Positions 1 to 9,458 of a DNA stretch of 64,000 nucleotides are shown in pieces (positions within the stretch are counted from its first letter, which is position 1; each line of letters opens with the position of its first letter). Under the pieces are notes generated by a model. That model was not told where the DNA came from. It saw only the letters and a program-made list of their open reading frames with translations, and searched no databases. A program made the position numbers and the translations under genes. The DNA is from a candidate division WOR-3 bacterium (lineage in GTDB: Bacteria; Hydrothermota; 32-111), in contig JBBFKX010000001.1 in NCBI GenBank assembly GCA_037481815.1, forward strand, positions 672,001 to 736,000, read 5' to 3'.

Positions 1-440
1 TCGTAATTTCCGACTGGATCGTTCAGATTGAAAAAGATAAAGAAAATATTTTAGATGTTGATTACGAAAAATATTTTTTACAACTTGAAAGTATCGTTGA
101 TTTTAAAAATTTCAACATTTTAGGACATATTGACTACTATAAAAAATATTCAAAATTTTCAGACCATAAGATCACATTCAGAAGGTATGAAAAATATTAT
201 GAAAGAATCTTAAAAAAGATCATTAAAAATAACATTATCCTTGAAATAAACACAAGTGGACTCAGACACAAATGCAAAGAGCAGTTCCCATCGACCGAGA
301 TACTTTCACTTTACAGAGATTTTGGTGGAAAATATGTTTCTACAGGTTCTGACTCACACAAAACTGGAGATGTTGCTTTCGGGTTTGAAAATCTTGAAAA
401 AATTATCAAAAATTTTAATTTTGAAATTTTTAAACCATAA
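1..440 (+). CDS. PHP-family phosphoesterase (HisJ/HisK histidinol-phosphatase-like), 5'-truncated by window edge
   Basis: Frame starting at nt 3 is open to TAA at 438-440: ...NILGHIDYYKK...LEINTSGLR...VSTGSDSH...; GHxD, EINTSG and GSDxH are PHP-family motifs. Not in the ORF track because the start lies outside the window. Confidence 0.85.
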   Translation, partial: VISDWIVQIEKDKENILDVDYEKYFLQLESIVDFKNFNILGHIDYYKKYSKFSDHKITFRRYEKYYERILKKIIKNNIILEINTSGLRHKCKEQFPSTEILSLYRDFGGKYVSTGSDSHKTGDVAFGFENLEKIIKNFNFEIFKP

Positions 441-449
441 GGAGAAAAT

Positions 450-1700
450 ATGATTCCAAAAGAAATTTTCAAAAAAAGAAGGGAAAAAGTTTTAAAATCG
501 ATGGAAAAGAATTCGGTTCTTCTTTTAGATTCGGCGTCTTTTAAAGAAAAAAATCCTGAAAACAACTACATCTACAGGCAGAGTTCAAATTTCTTTTATC
601 TTACAGGTTACAAAGAACCTTCATCGACACTTTTGCTTTACAAAGGTGAAAAGGAAGAAAAAGAGATTCTCTTTGTCGAGGAGAACAATCCTTACTATGA
701 GGTCTGGACTGGGAAGAAAAAATCTGATAAAGAGGTAAAAGAGGAAACTGGAATTGAAAATGTTTTTTACAATAAAGATTTTTACTTCCATTTTGGGAAC
801 TATGTTAACAGAGGGGTAATATGTTATTTTGATTTTGCAAATGAAAGAGTTTCAGAATTTCTGGGATACAATCATTACAAAATTTCAAAACTCAGAGAAC
901 ATTTCCCCCAGATAAAATCTTTCTTACCAGCAAACAATCTGATATATCCCCTAAGGTCGATAAAAGATAAATATGAGATAGAATGTATAAAAAGGGCTAT
1001 AGAAATAACAAAACAGGGAATAATCAACTGTATGAAAAATGCACACGAAGGAATGTTCGAATATGAGATTCAGGCAGAACTTGAGTATATATTTTTGAAA
1101 AATGGTGTTTTTGTTCCCGCTTTCCCTTCAATAGTTGCTTCTGGAAAAAATGGTGCGACTTTACACTACACATCAAACAACCAGAAAGTAAAAAAAGATG
1201 ATCTCGTTCTTATAGATGTTGGGGCAGAATATGAACTCTATTCTGCTGATATAACAAGGGTTTTCCCACCAAAAAGAAAATTTTCGGAAAAGGAAAAAAG
1301 TTTGTATCAGCCATTACTTGAGATACAGGAAAAGATCATCGATTCGATAAAACCTGGTGTTAGTATGAAAGAGTTGAATGAAAAAACTAACGAACTGATC
1401 GGAAAACTGCTTGTAAAATTAAACTATATCAAAGATATTAAGGATGTAAAAAAATATTATCCGCATTCAATCGGACATATGCTGGGGCTTGATACTCATG
1501 ATGTTTCATCTGTTCCAAGATATATGCCTGAACTTCAAGAAAATATGGTTTTAACGATTGAACCCGGGATCTATATTCCTGAAGAAGGGATTGGACTCAG
1601 GATTGAAGATGATATACTCGTTACAAAAAATGGATACAAAAATCTTTCAATCGAAATTCCCAAAACGATAAAAGATATTGAAAAAGTTGTTGGAGTTTAA
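450..1700 (+). CDS. pepP: Xaa-Pro aminopeptidase (M24B)
   Basis: YRQSSNFFYLTG N-domain; LHY, DVGAE..YSADITR, HSIGHMLGLDTHD, TIEPGIY, RIEDD metal ligands; AGGAG RBS. Confidence 0.93.
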   Translation: MIPKEIFKKRREKVLKSMEKNSVLLLDSASFKEKNPENNYIYRQSSNFFYLTGYKEPSSTLLLYKGEKEEKEILFVEENNPYYEVWTGKKKSDKEVKEETGIENVFYNKDFYFHFGNYVNRGVICYFDFANERVSEFLGYNHYKISKLREHFPQIKSFLPANNLIYPLRSIKDKYEIECIKRAIEITKQGIINCMKNAHEGMFEYEIQAELEYIFLKNGVFVPAFPSIVASGKNGATLHYTSNNQKVKKDDLVLIDVGAEYELYSADITRVFPPKRKFSEKEKSLYQPLLEIQEKIIDSIKPGVSMKELNEKTNELIGKLLVKLNYIKDIKDVKKYYPHSIGHMLGLDTHDVSSVPRYMPELQENMVLTIEPGIYIPEEGIGLRIEDDILVTKNGYKNLSIEIPKTIKDIEKVVGV

Positions 1701-1701
1701 T

Positions 1702-2514
1702 ATGCATAGAATAATTTTTCATTTCGGTAACATCACACTTTACTCGTATGGTTTAATGCAGGCGATCGGATTTCTTGCTTCACTATTTGTAATATTTCAA
1801 CTTTCAAAAAAATCAAAAATCTCAAAAGATATTCTGTTTGATCTATCTGTCTGGGTTATAATAGGTGGAATAATTGGAGCGAGGATCTGGTTTGTTGTTG
1901 AAAATTTTAACATATACAAAGATGATCTTTTGTCAATAATAAAAATCTGGGAAGGAGGAATGGTATTCTACGGTGGTTTCATTGGCGGAGTGATATCAGG
2001 GATAGTTTACATCAGAAGAAACCATCTTGATCTATTAAAGGTTGGTGATATTTTTATGACCTCGTTTCCACTTGGAATATTCTTCGGTAGAATCGGTTGT
2101 TTTCTTAACGGATGCTGTTATGGTAAAATTTCTGAAACTTTTGGTTTAAGATTTCCAAGAGAAAACTTTCCACCACCTTATCAAGAACAACTTGAAAAAG
2201 GTTTAATCAAACCTGATGCGTGTTGTTCTCTTCCTGTTATCCCTACACAACTGATAGAGTCATTTACAATGCTTATAGTTTTTTTTATTCTATATTATCT
2301 TTACAATAGAAAAAAATTTTTTGATGGATTTATTTTTTATTCTTTTTTTATAATTTATGGTATCGAAAGATTTCTTGTTGATTTTTTAAGGGAGTATTCA
2401 AAAAATGCTCTGGTTTTCAAAACCTTTTCCCTTTCCCAGATAACCTCTTTTCTTATAATTCTTTTCTCTTCAATTCTTTTATTTTCAACTTATAAAAAAT
2501 CAAAAAAGGTATAA
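1702..2514 (+). CDS. lgt: Prolipoprotein diacylglyceryl transferase
   Basis: YGLM, IIGARI, IWEGGMVFYGG, GRIGCFLNGCCYG, PTQL, RFLVDFLR motifs. ATG at 1702 directly after the pepP stop is preferred over TTG at 1678. Confidence 0.93.
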   Translation: MHRIIFHFGNITLYSYGLMQAIGFLASLFVIFQLSKKSKISKDILFDLSVWVIIGGIIGARIWFVVENFNIYKDDLLSIIKIWEGGMVFYGGFIGGVISGIVYIRRNHLDLLKVGDIFMTSFPLGIFFGRIGCFLNGCCYGKISETFGLRFPRENFPPPYQEQLEKGLIKPDACCSLPVIPTQLIESFTMLIVFFILYYLYNRKKFFDGFIFYSFFIIYGIERFLVDFLREYSKNALVFKTFSLSQITSFLIILFSSILLFSTYKKSKKV

Positions 2515-2543
2515 AAAAAGCCCCCTTAAAAAGGGGGCTTTTT
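2515..2543. terminator. Bidirectional intrinsic terminator between convergent lgt and subtilase
   Basis: aaaaagccccct-taaaa-agggggcttttt; A-tract on the left, T-tract on the right. Confidence 0.88.
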
Positions 2544-2559
2544 CTATATTTAGATTCTC

Positions 2560-5500
2560 TTATTTCAGATAGGTCATCTTCATAGTTGATTCGAATCCTG
2601 ATGCAGAGAGTTTGTAGAAGTAAACACCTGCTGCGACACTCTTTCCAGAATTATCTTTACCGTCCCATTTTGCTGTATACCAGGAAACATCTTTGACTTC
2701 GTTCACAAGTGTTTTAACAAGTTTACCTGTTATATCGTAAACAGCAAGAGTAACCTTTCCTTTTACTGGAACAGCGTACTCGATAACTGTTACATCTTTG
2801 AATGGATTTGGCTGATTCTGTGAAAGAGTATAAGTTGTAGGTCTTGGTTTACCTGAAGCAACAACCTTAACAACTGGATGCTCTGTTTTCACACCATTCT
2901 TTGATACATCGGAAACTTTGTAGTAGTATACAGTTCCACCATAGACCTTTGTATCTGTGAATGTATATGTTGAAGGAGCATTCTTTGCTTCAAGTGTTCC
3001 AACCTTTTCAAAGTTGATTCCATCGACAGATCTTTCGATTATCCATGAAGCGTTATTGAATTCAGATGTTGTTGACCATTTGAGTGTTATCATATTGTTT
3101 TCAGATATTGCAGAGATTTCAGTCATCTGAACTCTTGTAAGTGTTGTAGCAGCGTCAACGACGACAACTGATCCTTCAAACGCATCACCCCAGTTAGAAG
3201 GTGTCTTTGCTGGAGAAGCATCTCTACCTCTGACCCAGATCTTTACTGTTCCTGCTGGCCATCCAACTGTTGAAGAGACAGTCGCTGTGACCTGTTCATA
3301 CAGTTCATCAAACGCACCATCAACTGCTGTCATTGGATTACCTGTTCCTGCTGGTGCTGGTGTTGGGCCATAAGACCATTCAGCAGCACTGATGTTTGAC
3401 ATACCTGTTGATGAATCACAAACGATTGCTGTTATTGTGAATGAGGTTGGAAGTCCAAGTCCTGCGGCGTTACCAACTGGTGATGGTGTTGTCTGAATTG
3501 AACCAGCATAAACTATCGGTCCAAGATAATCACCACCAACTCTTGAAATTGTGAAGTTACCTGTTGTTGCTTCACCTGTCATTGCAGGATAAACATTTTT
3601 ATCGTTTACTTTTACTTTGATTCTATACTCATTACCATTAAGTAGTGATGAAACATCCCATGTGTATGGTGAAGTTAACGTTGTTCCCTTTGTAATCAAG
3701 ATCCATGAATCACCACCATTTGGTGAATAGTATAGATATGTTGTATCTATTGTTGCACCACCATAAGCGGTTGCTGTCCATGAGATTGAAATTGTATTGG
3801 TTGTATAAGTGTTTCCGGCAACTGGTGAACTTATCGTAACATCTGGATGATCATGACCGATAAGCCATATAAGGTTGTTGTTCAAAATATTGGTTCTTGT
3901 TGTTGATGTGGCATTTGCCGTATCTATCTGTGTTATTTCAAATGCATTGAATATAACTCTTGTCTTATATCCACCCCAGACACCAACACCAAGTGTTCCA
4001 AGGTTGTTCGTTGATTCCCATTTTGTTCCTACAACTGGACCTGTTGCTGCATTCCATCTCCAGACATTGGTTGAAGTTCCAGCAACGAACGCTGCTGAGA
4101 CACCATACATAGAGTCACCATCAGCACCAGATCTATATGGGTTGTATGGAACACCTGCTGTGTAAGCACCTGAAATTGGATCACCAGAAACTCCATAGAG
4201 TGTGAAGTTTCCTGTTGCAACGATATCACCAACATATCTACCCATCAAATAATTTATAATAAATAGTGAATCGTTTCTGTCAGTTCCAACATAACTAAAA
4301 CCTTCACTTGAAGCCATCGCCCAACCGAAATCATGACCTGTATATGCGATTCTACCACCACCTTCTTCATAAAGTTTCAATGATTCTTCCTGTGGTTTTG
4401 TGAGTGGTGGATAGTTCTCCTGACCTGACTGTAAGAATATCGCCTTGAAGTTTCTCATAAGGTTTGTGACAGGGATCTGACCGAAGTTGTTCAAAGATGT
4501 CTGATACCATGCATAATTCCATCCACCCTGTTCTATAGCATAAACCAAGAAGTCAGGATGAGCAAATAGTTCACCTTCAAGGTTATCATCTGTTACAAGA
4601 ACTAAAATGTCTGCACCTGCGATATCAACTGTTGCAAACTGGTAATGTTTACCATTGTTATCATCTCTTACTGTATTTCCTTTATGATCTTTTGATTCAA
4701 CATCAAAATAGTATACAGTGTTTGGTGTAAGACCTGAAACTATTATTGCCTGATCACCTGAATGATCGTAAACAAGGTTTGGATTCTCCGCTGTTTCATA
4801 TCCGAGTGCTGTTGTTGGTCCATAATATACCTTTCCTGTTGTTGGCTCTGTTGTTGTCCAGGCGATGAATCCTCTTGTTCCTTCCGCTTTCTCACATCTT
4901 ACATTGTAAATTGTGAATGTAGCGTTATCTATTAGAGCCCTTGCTGTAATTGTTGCCACTGGGTTTGTATCTTTGTAAACAGCCCAGATAGTATCGGTTT
5001 TGTTGACACCAAGGAAACCATCGTTGAAATTTGATGATATTGGTGCCTGATAAGCCATCTGGATTGAACCTTTGTAGATTCCCGTTATTCCTGTTACTGT
5101 AACATATTCAGTATCACCAAGTTTTGAATAAACTTTTATATTTATAAAATTAGTAGGTATGCTATCATTCATAGTATCATTATCTAAATTCATATCTGTC
5201 ACAGTTATAGTAGCTATAGAATCTATAACTGAATAGACAGCTTTATCAAATTTCACATAACCGTTATTCAAATTATTAACAGAATAGGATACAACTATTG
5301 CGTATGGTTGAGGTGAAACAGGACAGTCGGTTGCAACAACTCTAACTCTCCATGTTCCTGTTGCAGGAGTTAAGCTTCTGTATTGCTCTATTGTATTTAA
5401 ATGATCTGTTCCTGAAACAAGTGTTCCTGTTGGATTGTAAACCTGTAAATCAAGATCGTTTACAAGAGTTGTATCTGTAACTGTGTTATCACCAAAGAAT

Positions 5501-7428
5501 GGTGCTGGATAATCTGTCCATACCAATGTAACTCTCAATTCGTTTGCACCATCTGTAACATTGAACTGGTATTCAACATATTCACCAGTTAAAAGTCCAT
5601 CCTGATTATCATCAAAAACAACCGCTTTTGGAGATGTTGATGGAGCAACACTGAAGAGCAAGCAGTTGTTCAACTGTAACCTTCCAAAACCGTAGTTGTT
5701 GTTTGGTATCGTCTGACCACAATCGTTCGCTGAATTAACAGCGAGTGCTCTTATGAGTGCTGATGAAGGATTTGTGATCGCGTTTGCTGCTATTCTTGAA
5801 CCTGTTGGATAAAATCCTTGTGCAAGATAATCTCTTATTAACGCTATTGCACCTGCTGAGAATGGTGTTGCCATTGAAGTTCCCTGCATGTTAACATAGT
5901 TTGATGTTGCTCCTGATGTTCCACCATCAGCGGACATAACATCTTCACCAGGTGTTAGAAGTGTAACACCATACCTTCCATCAGCGGTTGGACCTCTTGA
6001 TGAGAATGATGAAACAGATGTTGGAGAAACCTCAGAGCATGAACCTGCTGCATAAACATCTTTTGCACATGCCGTTCCAGATATTGTTCCAGCTGCTGAA
6101 CCATCGTTACCTGCTGCAAAATGGACATTGAAATCCTTATGATCCCACATGTAAGCATCTGTCAACTGACAGCCCTCATCATAAGCACCTGCAAGTTCAG
6201 GATATGATGAAACAGAAGGACCATAGGAGTTTGAAGTTATCCTTGCACCATGAACATACATCGTATCAAACATTGAATAACAATCTATTGGAATCCATAA
6301 GAAATCATCAACAGTGTTTCCAGCATCCATGAACAAAATTTTTGCTTCTTTTGCTATACCATCATAGTTTGATGTGGCAAGACGTTCATCAGAACCTGCT
6401 GCTGTTCCTGATGTGTGTGTTCCGTGGTAACTTGCCAATGCTTCATCTCCAAAGTTCAATGTATCAAGAAAATCTGGATGTGTTGGAAGATATGCGATAA
6501 CCTTTCTATGTGTTGGATAGTATCCCCATGTTGTCAATGGAACCGCTGGATCATAGAACTGATAATGTCCCATCGTAATACCTGAATCAGAAACATTTAT
6601 TATCTGTCCATTTCCTCTAACTCCTCTGTTCCAGATTACTGTATCCGAAGTAACCGTTGTTCCATTCATTATAATCGCTCTACCATTATCGTTTCTTGGA
6701 TATTTTTTCGCATACTGCATCATAAGATAAACATCTTTAATCTTTGCAACCTCTGCGATCATATTTTCTGGAATTTCAATCAAGAATGTTGCAAGAGCGG
6801 TTGTTGGTTGTGATTTATCAAGTATCTTGGCACCAAGTTTTTTCAGGTTATCAAGTGTTTCATAATATGAACCATTTCTGAACAATCTGACAACTATCTC
6901 TCTTTTCACATCTGACTTTGAATTCAAAAATTTTGGAGATGCTTTGTAAGCAGGATGCCAGAGTGAAACAAATTTTATGTATGGGAGTTGTGAAATCTTT
7001 TCAACATCACTATCCCTCATTTTCACAATGTAACCATAATTATGAACTGGCCATTCAAACTTCACATCATAGTTTGAAAGTTCACTTTTATATTTTTCAA
7101 GAACAGGACCTGAGAACTTCAAAATGTAATAGTTTGTGCCATCTTTTGTGAGTTTTGCTTTCAATTCTGATGGAATGTTTGGCTCTCCATTTCTCACATC
7201 AAAATCATGGTATGGAAGATGGAGAATGTTGGCATCCTTCATCACTTTTACCATCTCTTTTCCCTTTGTGATGGATTTAAACCCATCAGCAAGAGGATTG
7301 AAATAAGTTCCATTATCCATTGTTGGTGCACTGTTTTCAATAACTGTCGCTTTGTTGTTCACCGATTTTGCACCAACAAAAAGAAGGATAAGGGAAACAA
7401 GAAGCATCACTGTTAAAAATCGCTTCAT
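2560..7428 (-). CDS. Large secreted S8 subtilase (Kp43-like catalytic domain) with accessory beta-sandwich/FN3/Ig domains and C-terminal FlgD-Ig/T9SS type-A-like domain
   Basis: Signal peptide MKRFLTVMLL after AAGGAGG (start 7428, not 7473); triad VSDSG / HGTHTSG / GTSMATP; oxyanion AAGNDG; C-terminus LSQNQPNPF..VYDITGKLVKTL..WDGKD..GVYFYKL..K. Confidence 0.92.
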   Translation of the reverse strand: MKRFLTVMLLVSLILLFVGAKSVNNKATVIENSAPTMDNGTYFNPLADGFKSITKGKEMVKVMKDANILHLPYHDFDVRNGEPNIPSELKAKLTKDGTNYYILKFSGPVLEKYKSELSNYDVKFEWPVHNYGYIVKMRDSDVEKISQLPYIKFVSLWHPAYKASPKFLNSKSDVKREIVVRLFRNGSYYETLDNLKKLGAKILDKSQPTTALATFLIEIPENMIAEVAKIKDVYLMMQYAKKYPRNDNGRAIIMNGTTVTSDTVIWNRGVRGNGQIINVSDSGITMGHYQFYDPAVPLTTWGYYPTHRKVIAYLPTHPDFLDTLNFGDEALASYHGTHTSGTAAGSDERLATSNYDGIAKEAKILFMDAGNTVDDFLWIPIDCYSMFDTMYVHGARITSNSYGPSVSSYPELAGAYDEGCQLTDAYMWDHKDFNVHFAAGNDGSAAGTISGTACAKDVYAAGSCSEVSPTSVSSFSSRGPTADGRYGVTLLTPGEDVMSADGGTSGATSNYVNMQGTSMATPFSAGAIALIRDYLAQGFYPTGSRIAANAITNPSSALIRALAVNSANDCGQTIPNNNYGFGRLQLNNCLLFSVAPSTSPKAVVFDDNQDGLLTGEYVEYQFNVTDGANELRVTLVWTDYPAPFFGDNTVTDTTLVNDLDLQVYNPTGTLVSGTDHLNTIEQYRSLTPATGTWRVRVVATDCPVSPQPYAIVVSYSVNNLNNGYVKFDKAVYSVIDSIATITVTDMNLDNDTMNDSIPTNFINIKVYSKLGDTEYVTVTGITGIYKGSIQMAYQAPISSNFNDGFLGVNKTDTIWAVYKDTNPVATITARALIDNATFTIYNVRCEKAEGTRGFIAWTTTEPTTGKVYYGPTTALGYETAENPNLVYDHSGDQAIIVSGLTPNTVYYFDVESKDHKGNTVRDDNNGKHYQFATVDIAGADILVLVTDDNLEGELFAHPDFLVYAIEQGGWNYAWYQTSLNNFGQIPVTNLMRNFKAIFLQSGQENYPPLTKPQEESLKLYEEGGGRIAYTGHDFGWAMASSEGFSYVGTDRNDSLFIINYLMGRYVGDIVATGNFTLYGVSGDPISGAYTAGVPYNPYRSGADGDSMYGVSAAFVAGTSTNVWRWNAATGPVVGTKWESTNNLGTLGVGVWGGYKTRVIFNAFEITQIDTANATSTTRTNILNNNLIWLIGHDHPDVTISSPVAGNTYTTNTISISWTATAYGGATIDTTYLYYSPNGGDSWILITKGTTLTSPYTWDVSSLLNGNEYRIKVKVNDKNVYPAMTGEATTGNFTISRVGGDYLGPIVYAGSIQTTPSPVGNAAGLGLPTSFTITAIVCDSSTGMSNISAAEWSYGPTPAPAGTGNPMTAVDGAFDELYEQVTATVSSTVGWPAGTVKIWVRGRDASPAKTPSNWGDAFEGSVVVVDAATTLTRVQMTEISAISENNMITLKWSTTSEFNNASWIIERSVDGINFEKVGTLEAKNAPSTYTFTDTKVYGGTVYYYKVSDVSKNGVKTEHPVVKVVASGKPRPTTYTLSQNQPNPFKDVTVIEYAVPVKGKVTLAVYDITGKLVKTLVNEVKDVSWYTAKWDGKDNSGKSVAAGVYFYKLSASGFESTMKMTYLK

Positions 7429-7485
7429 CTTACCTCCTTTTATCTTTTCACAAAATTTTTCAAAAACTTTCATAAGTTTACTTTA

Positions 7486-7501
7486 AGCAAAATTTATTCC
7501 A
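7486..7501 (-). promoter_or_regulatory. Putative sigma54 (-24/-12) promoter of the large subtilase
   Basis: Minus strand TGGAATAAATTTTGCT = GG-N10-GC, close to the TGGCAC-N5-TTGC consensus; equivalent motif upstream of the M6 protease. Confidence 0.6.
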
Positions 7502-7591
7502 TTAAAAGGTATAAGTATAATAAATTATTAAATATTGGTTAACTGTTCCAGGTAAAAATACAATAAACATGTGAAATTTTTGCATTTTTAC

Positions 7592-7623
7592 AATTTAGGG
7601 TGCAAATAAATGCACCCTAAATT
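7592..7623. other. Perfect 13-bp inverted repeat (terminator/stabilising hairpin or regulator site)
   Basis: aatttagggtgca-aataaa-tgcaccctaaatt, 10 nt past the stop of 7633..9447; no clear U-tract. Confidence 0.6.
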
Positions 7624-7632
7624 CCACTATAA

Positions 7633-9447
7633 TTATTTTATTAGGGTAAAATCTTTTGTCAAAACTTCTTTTGTATTTTTGTAAACTTTCAGAATGTATT
7701 TACCTGATGAAAGTTTCGAAAGATCAACGATTTTTTCTGTTGATACATTTTCAGTCAACACATTTCTCCCTGAAAGGTCAAATATTTTTAAGTTCACAGA
7801 GTTTATTGATGATACGGAAATTTTCAAAGGTGAAACAAATTTTATGTTGATATCTTTTGAAATTTTTGAAAGTTCATCAACACCTGAGACCTTTTCAATC
7901 CAGATCGAGTCAACTGTTGGAGTTGTTTCCATTTTTGATGTTGTAAAATCGATTCTATACTGGATATAGTGATGCCCTGCCTGATTTGTTATCGAAGATA
8001 TTGTTGCTAAGTTTGAAGAATAACTGTTGTATGTTGTTATAGATGGACATGATGCCCAGTCAGTTGCTGTTGCCATCGTTGAGTCGGATGATGATCTCAT
8101 CTTTAAAGTGAAGGTTGTAAACGATGGTTTGTTGAATGTTATGAATACATTATAAAGATCAAAATAATCTGATACTAATACAGCATCGTATTTGTCAATG
8201 TTAATCGCAGAAGAGATAAGATATCCATTTTTGAAGTAACTGTCATAATAGATCTTTCCACCTGTGGTTGAACTTGTGGTTCCGACACCATAGGAGTGTT
8301 CTCCCAGTTTTATAAATCCAACAGCAGCAACATCTGTGATAGCATCACAAAGGGTGAATGTTGCACCATTATCTGTTGATTTATATAAAGCACCTGGATA
8401 AGTTGCTGTAACATAAATCGTTGCACCATTATCAGGTGAATAGATTCCCGTAATATCTGAAGTATCTGGAATAACGCCAGTTGTATCAAGTGTTATCCAG
8501 TTCTGTCCACAATCATCAGACCTATATAGCCCACCACCAAAAGTTCCATAACTTCCTGTATAAAGTGATGTCCCTATTTTTTCAATCGTTGTTAAAGCAA
8601 ATGGCTCTCCATTATTTGTAAAATATGTATCAACAACACCTGATGGAACCCATGATCCGCCTCTATCATAGGAAATATAAACTGGCTCACCATACAAAAG
8701 ATTATCACCACATGCTATCAGCGTATCACCATTATATTTTATGATTTTATTAACCAAAAGATATCCAATCGTATCGATTTTTGTATATGTTGCAAACCTA
8801 TCGGTTGTTAAAAATATCTGTCCATCAAAATCTGCAGTTCCCACATCAGGATCACCACCTGCGATTAAAAATGTATCACCGTTAAGATGCACAATGTCAT
8901 AAACTCTTGCAGCTTCTATTGGTTGTAAAATGCCTGTTCCAGACCATGTTTTCATATCGCCACTTTTATAGATAAAACCAAAATTTATGGCACCCCAGTA
9001 TCCACCAGCAAAAATTGTATCGTTAACTTTTTCAAATGCTAAAAGTTCACAATTGTTCTGGTTTACAGGTAAAGTATCAAAACTTGTCCATGTTTGACCT
9101 TTACTTGTTGAATAAGAAAGGTTTGCTTTCTTTCCACCAACAGCAAAGATTGTATCATTAATGTTGATAAGATCATTGACAATAGTAACACTTCCTGCGG
9201 CAGCAGGAGGATATGTAGCAATCACTGCAAAATTTGTATCCTCAATAAAGTCAAGGGTTAAAGGCGTTGTTAAAAAGTGTATCCTTTCAGAAGTTAAAAA
9301 CTTTGTGTTATCATCATAAACCTGCTGTCCAGGTCCACCAGCCCATGATGTCTGTTTGAAAGGATATTTCACATTAGGTCCTGTATAGGAGAAGAGCAGA
9401 ATTGAAACAATTAAAAGAACAGTTAGAACAAGTAACTTTTTGAACAT
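7633..9447 (-). CDS. Exported Asp-box/BNR-repeat beta-propeller protein with T9SS type-A-like C-terminal domain
   Basis: Signal peptide; STSKGQTW, SYDRGGSW, SDDCGQNW, STDNGATF Asp-boxes; C-terminal IFDLSGRNV..LSSGKYILKV..K; GGAGG RBS. Confidence 0.8.
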   Translation of the reverse strand: MFKKLLVLTVLLIVSILLFSYTGPNVKYPFKQTSWAGGPGQQVYDDNTKFLTSERIHFLTTPLTLDFIEDTNFAVIATYPPAAAGSVTIVNDLININDTIFAVGGKKANLSYSTSKGQTWTSFDTLPVNQNNCELLAFEKVNDTIFAGGYWGAINFGFIYKSGDMKTWSGTGILQPIEAARVYDIVHLNGDTFLIAGGDPDVGTADFDGQIFLTTDRFATYTKIDTIGYLLVNKIIKYNGDTLIACGDNLLYGEPVYISYDRGGSWVPSGVVDTYFTNNGEPFALTTIEKIGTSLYTGSYGTFGGGLYRSDDCGQNWITLDTTGVIPDTSDITGIYSPDNGATIYVTATYPGALYKSTDNGATFTLCDAITDVAAVGFIKLGEHSYGVGTTSSTTGGKIYYDSYFKNGYLISSAINIDKYDAVLVSDYFDLYNVFITFNKPSFTTFTLKMRSSSDSTMATATDWASCPSITTYNSYSSNLATISSITNQAGHHYIQYRIDFTTSKMETTPTVDSIWIEKVSGVDELSKISKDINIKFVSPLKISVSSINSVNLKIFDLSGRNVLTENVSTEKIVDLSKLSSGKYILKVYKNTKEVLTKDFTLIK

Positions 9448-9458
9448 AAAACCTCCAG

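Noticed and set aside
256..565. ORF-track entries 256..453(+) and 311..565(-)
   Set aside because: Off-frame or antisense to the real PHP-family CDS (ends at 440) and pepP
7429..7473. Longer start of the subtilase at 7473
   Set aside because: AAGGAGG sits right before ATG 7428, which begins a canonical signal peptide
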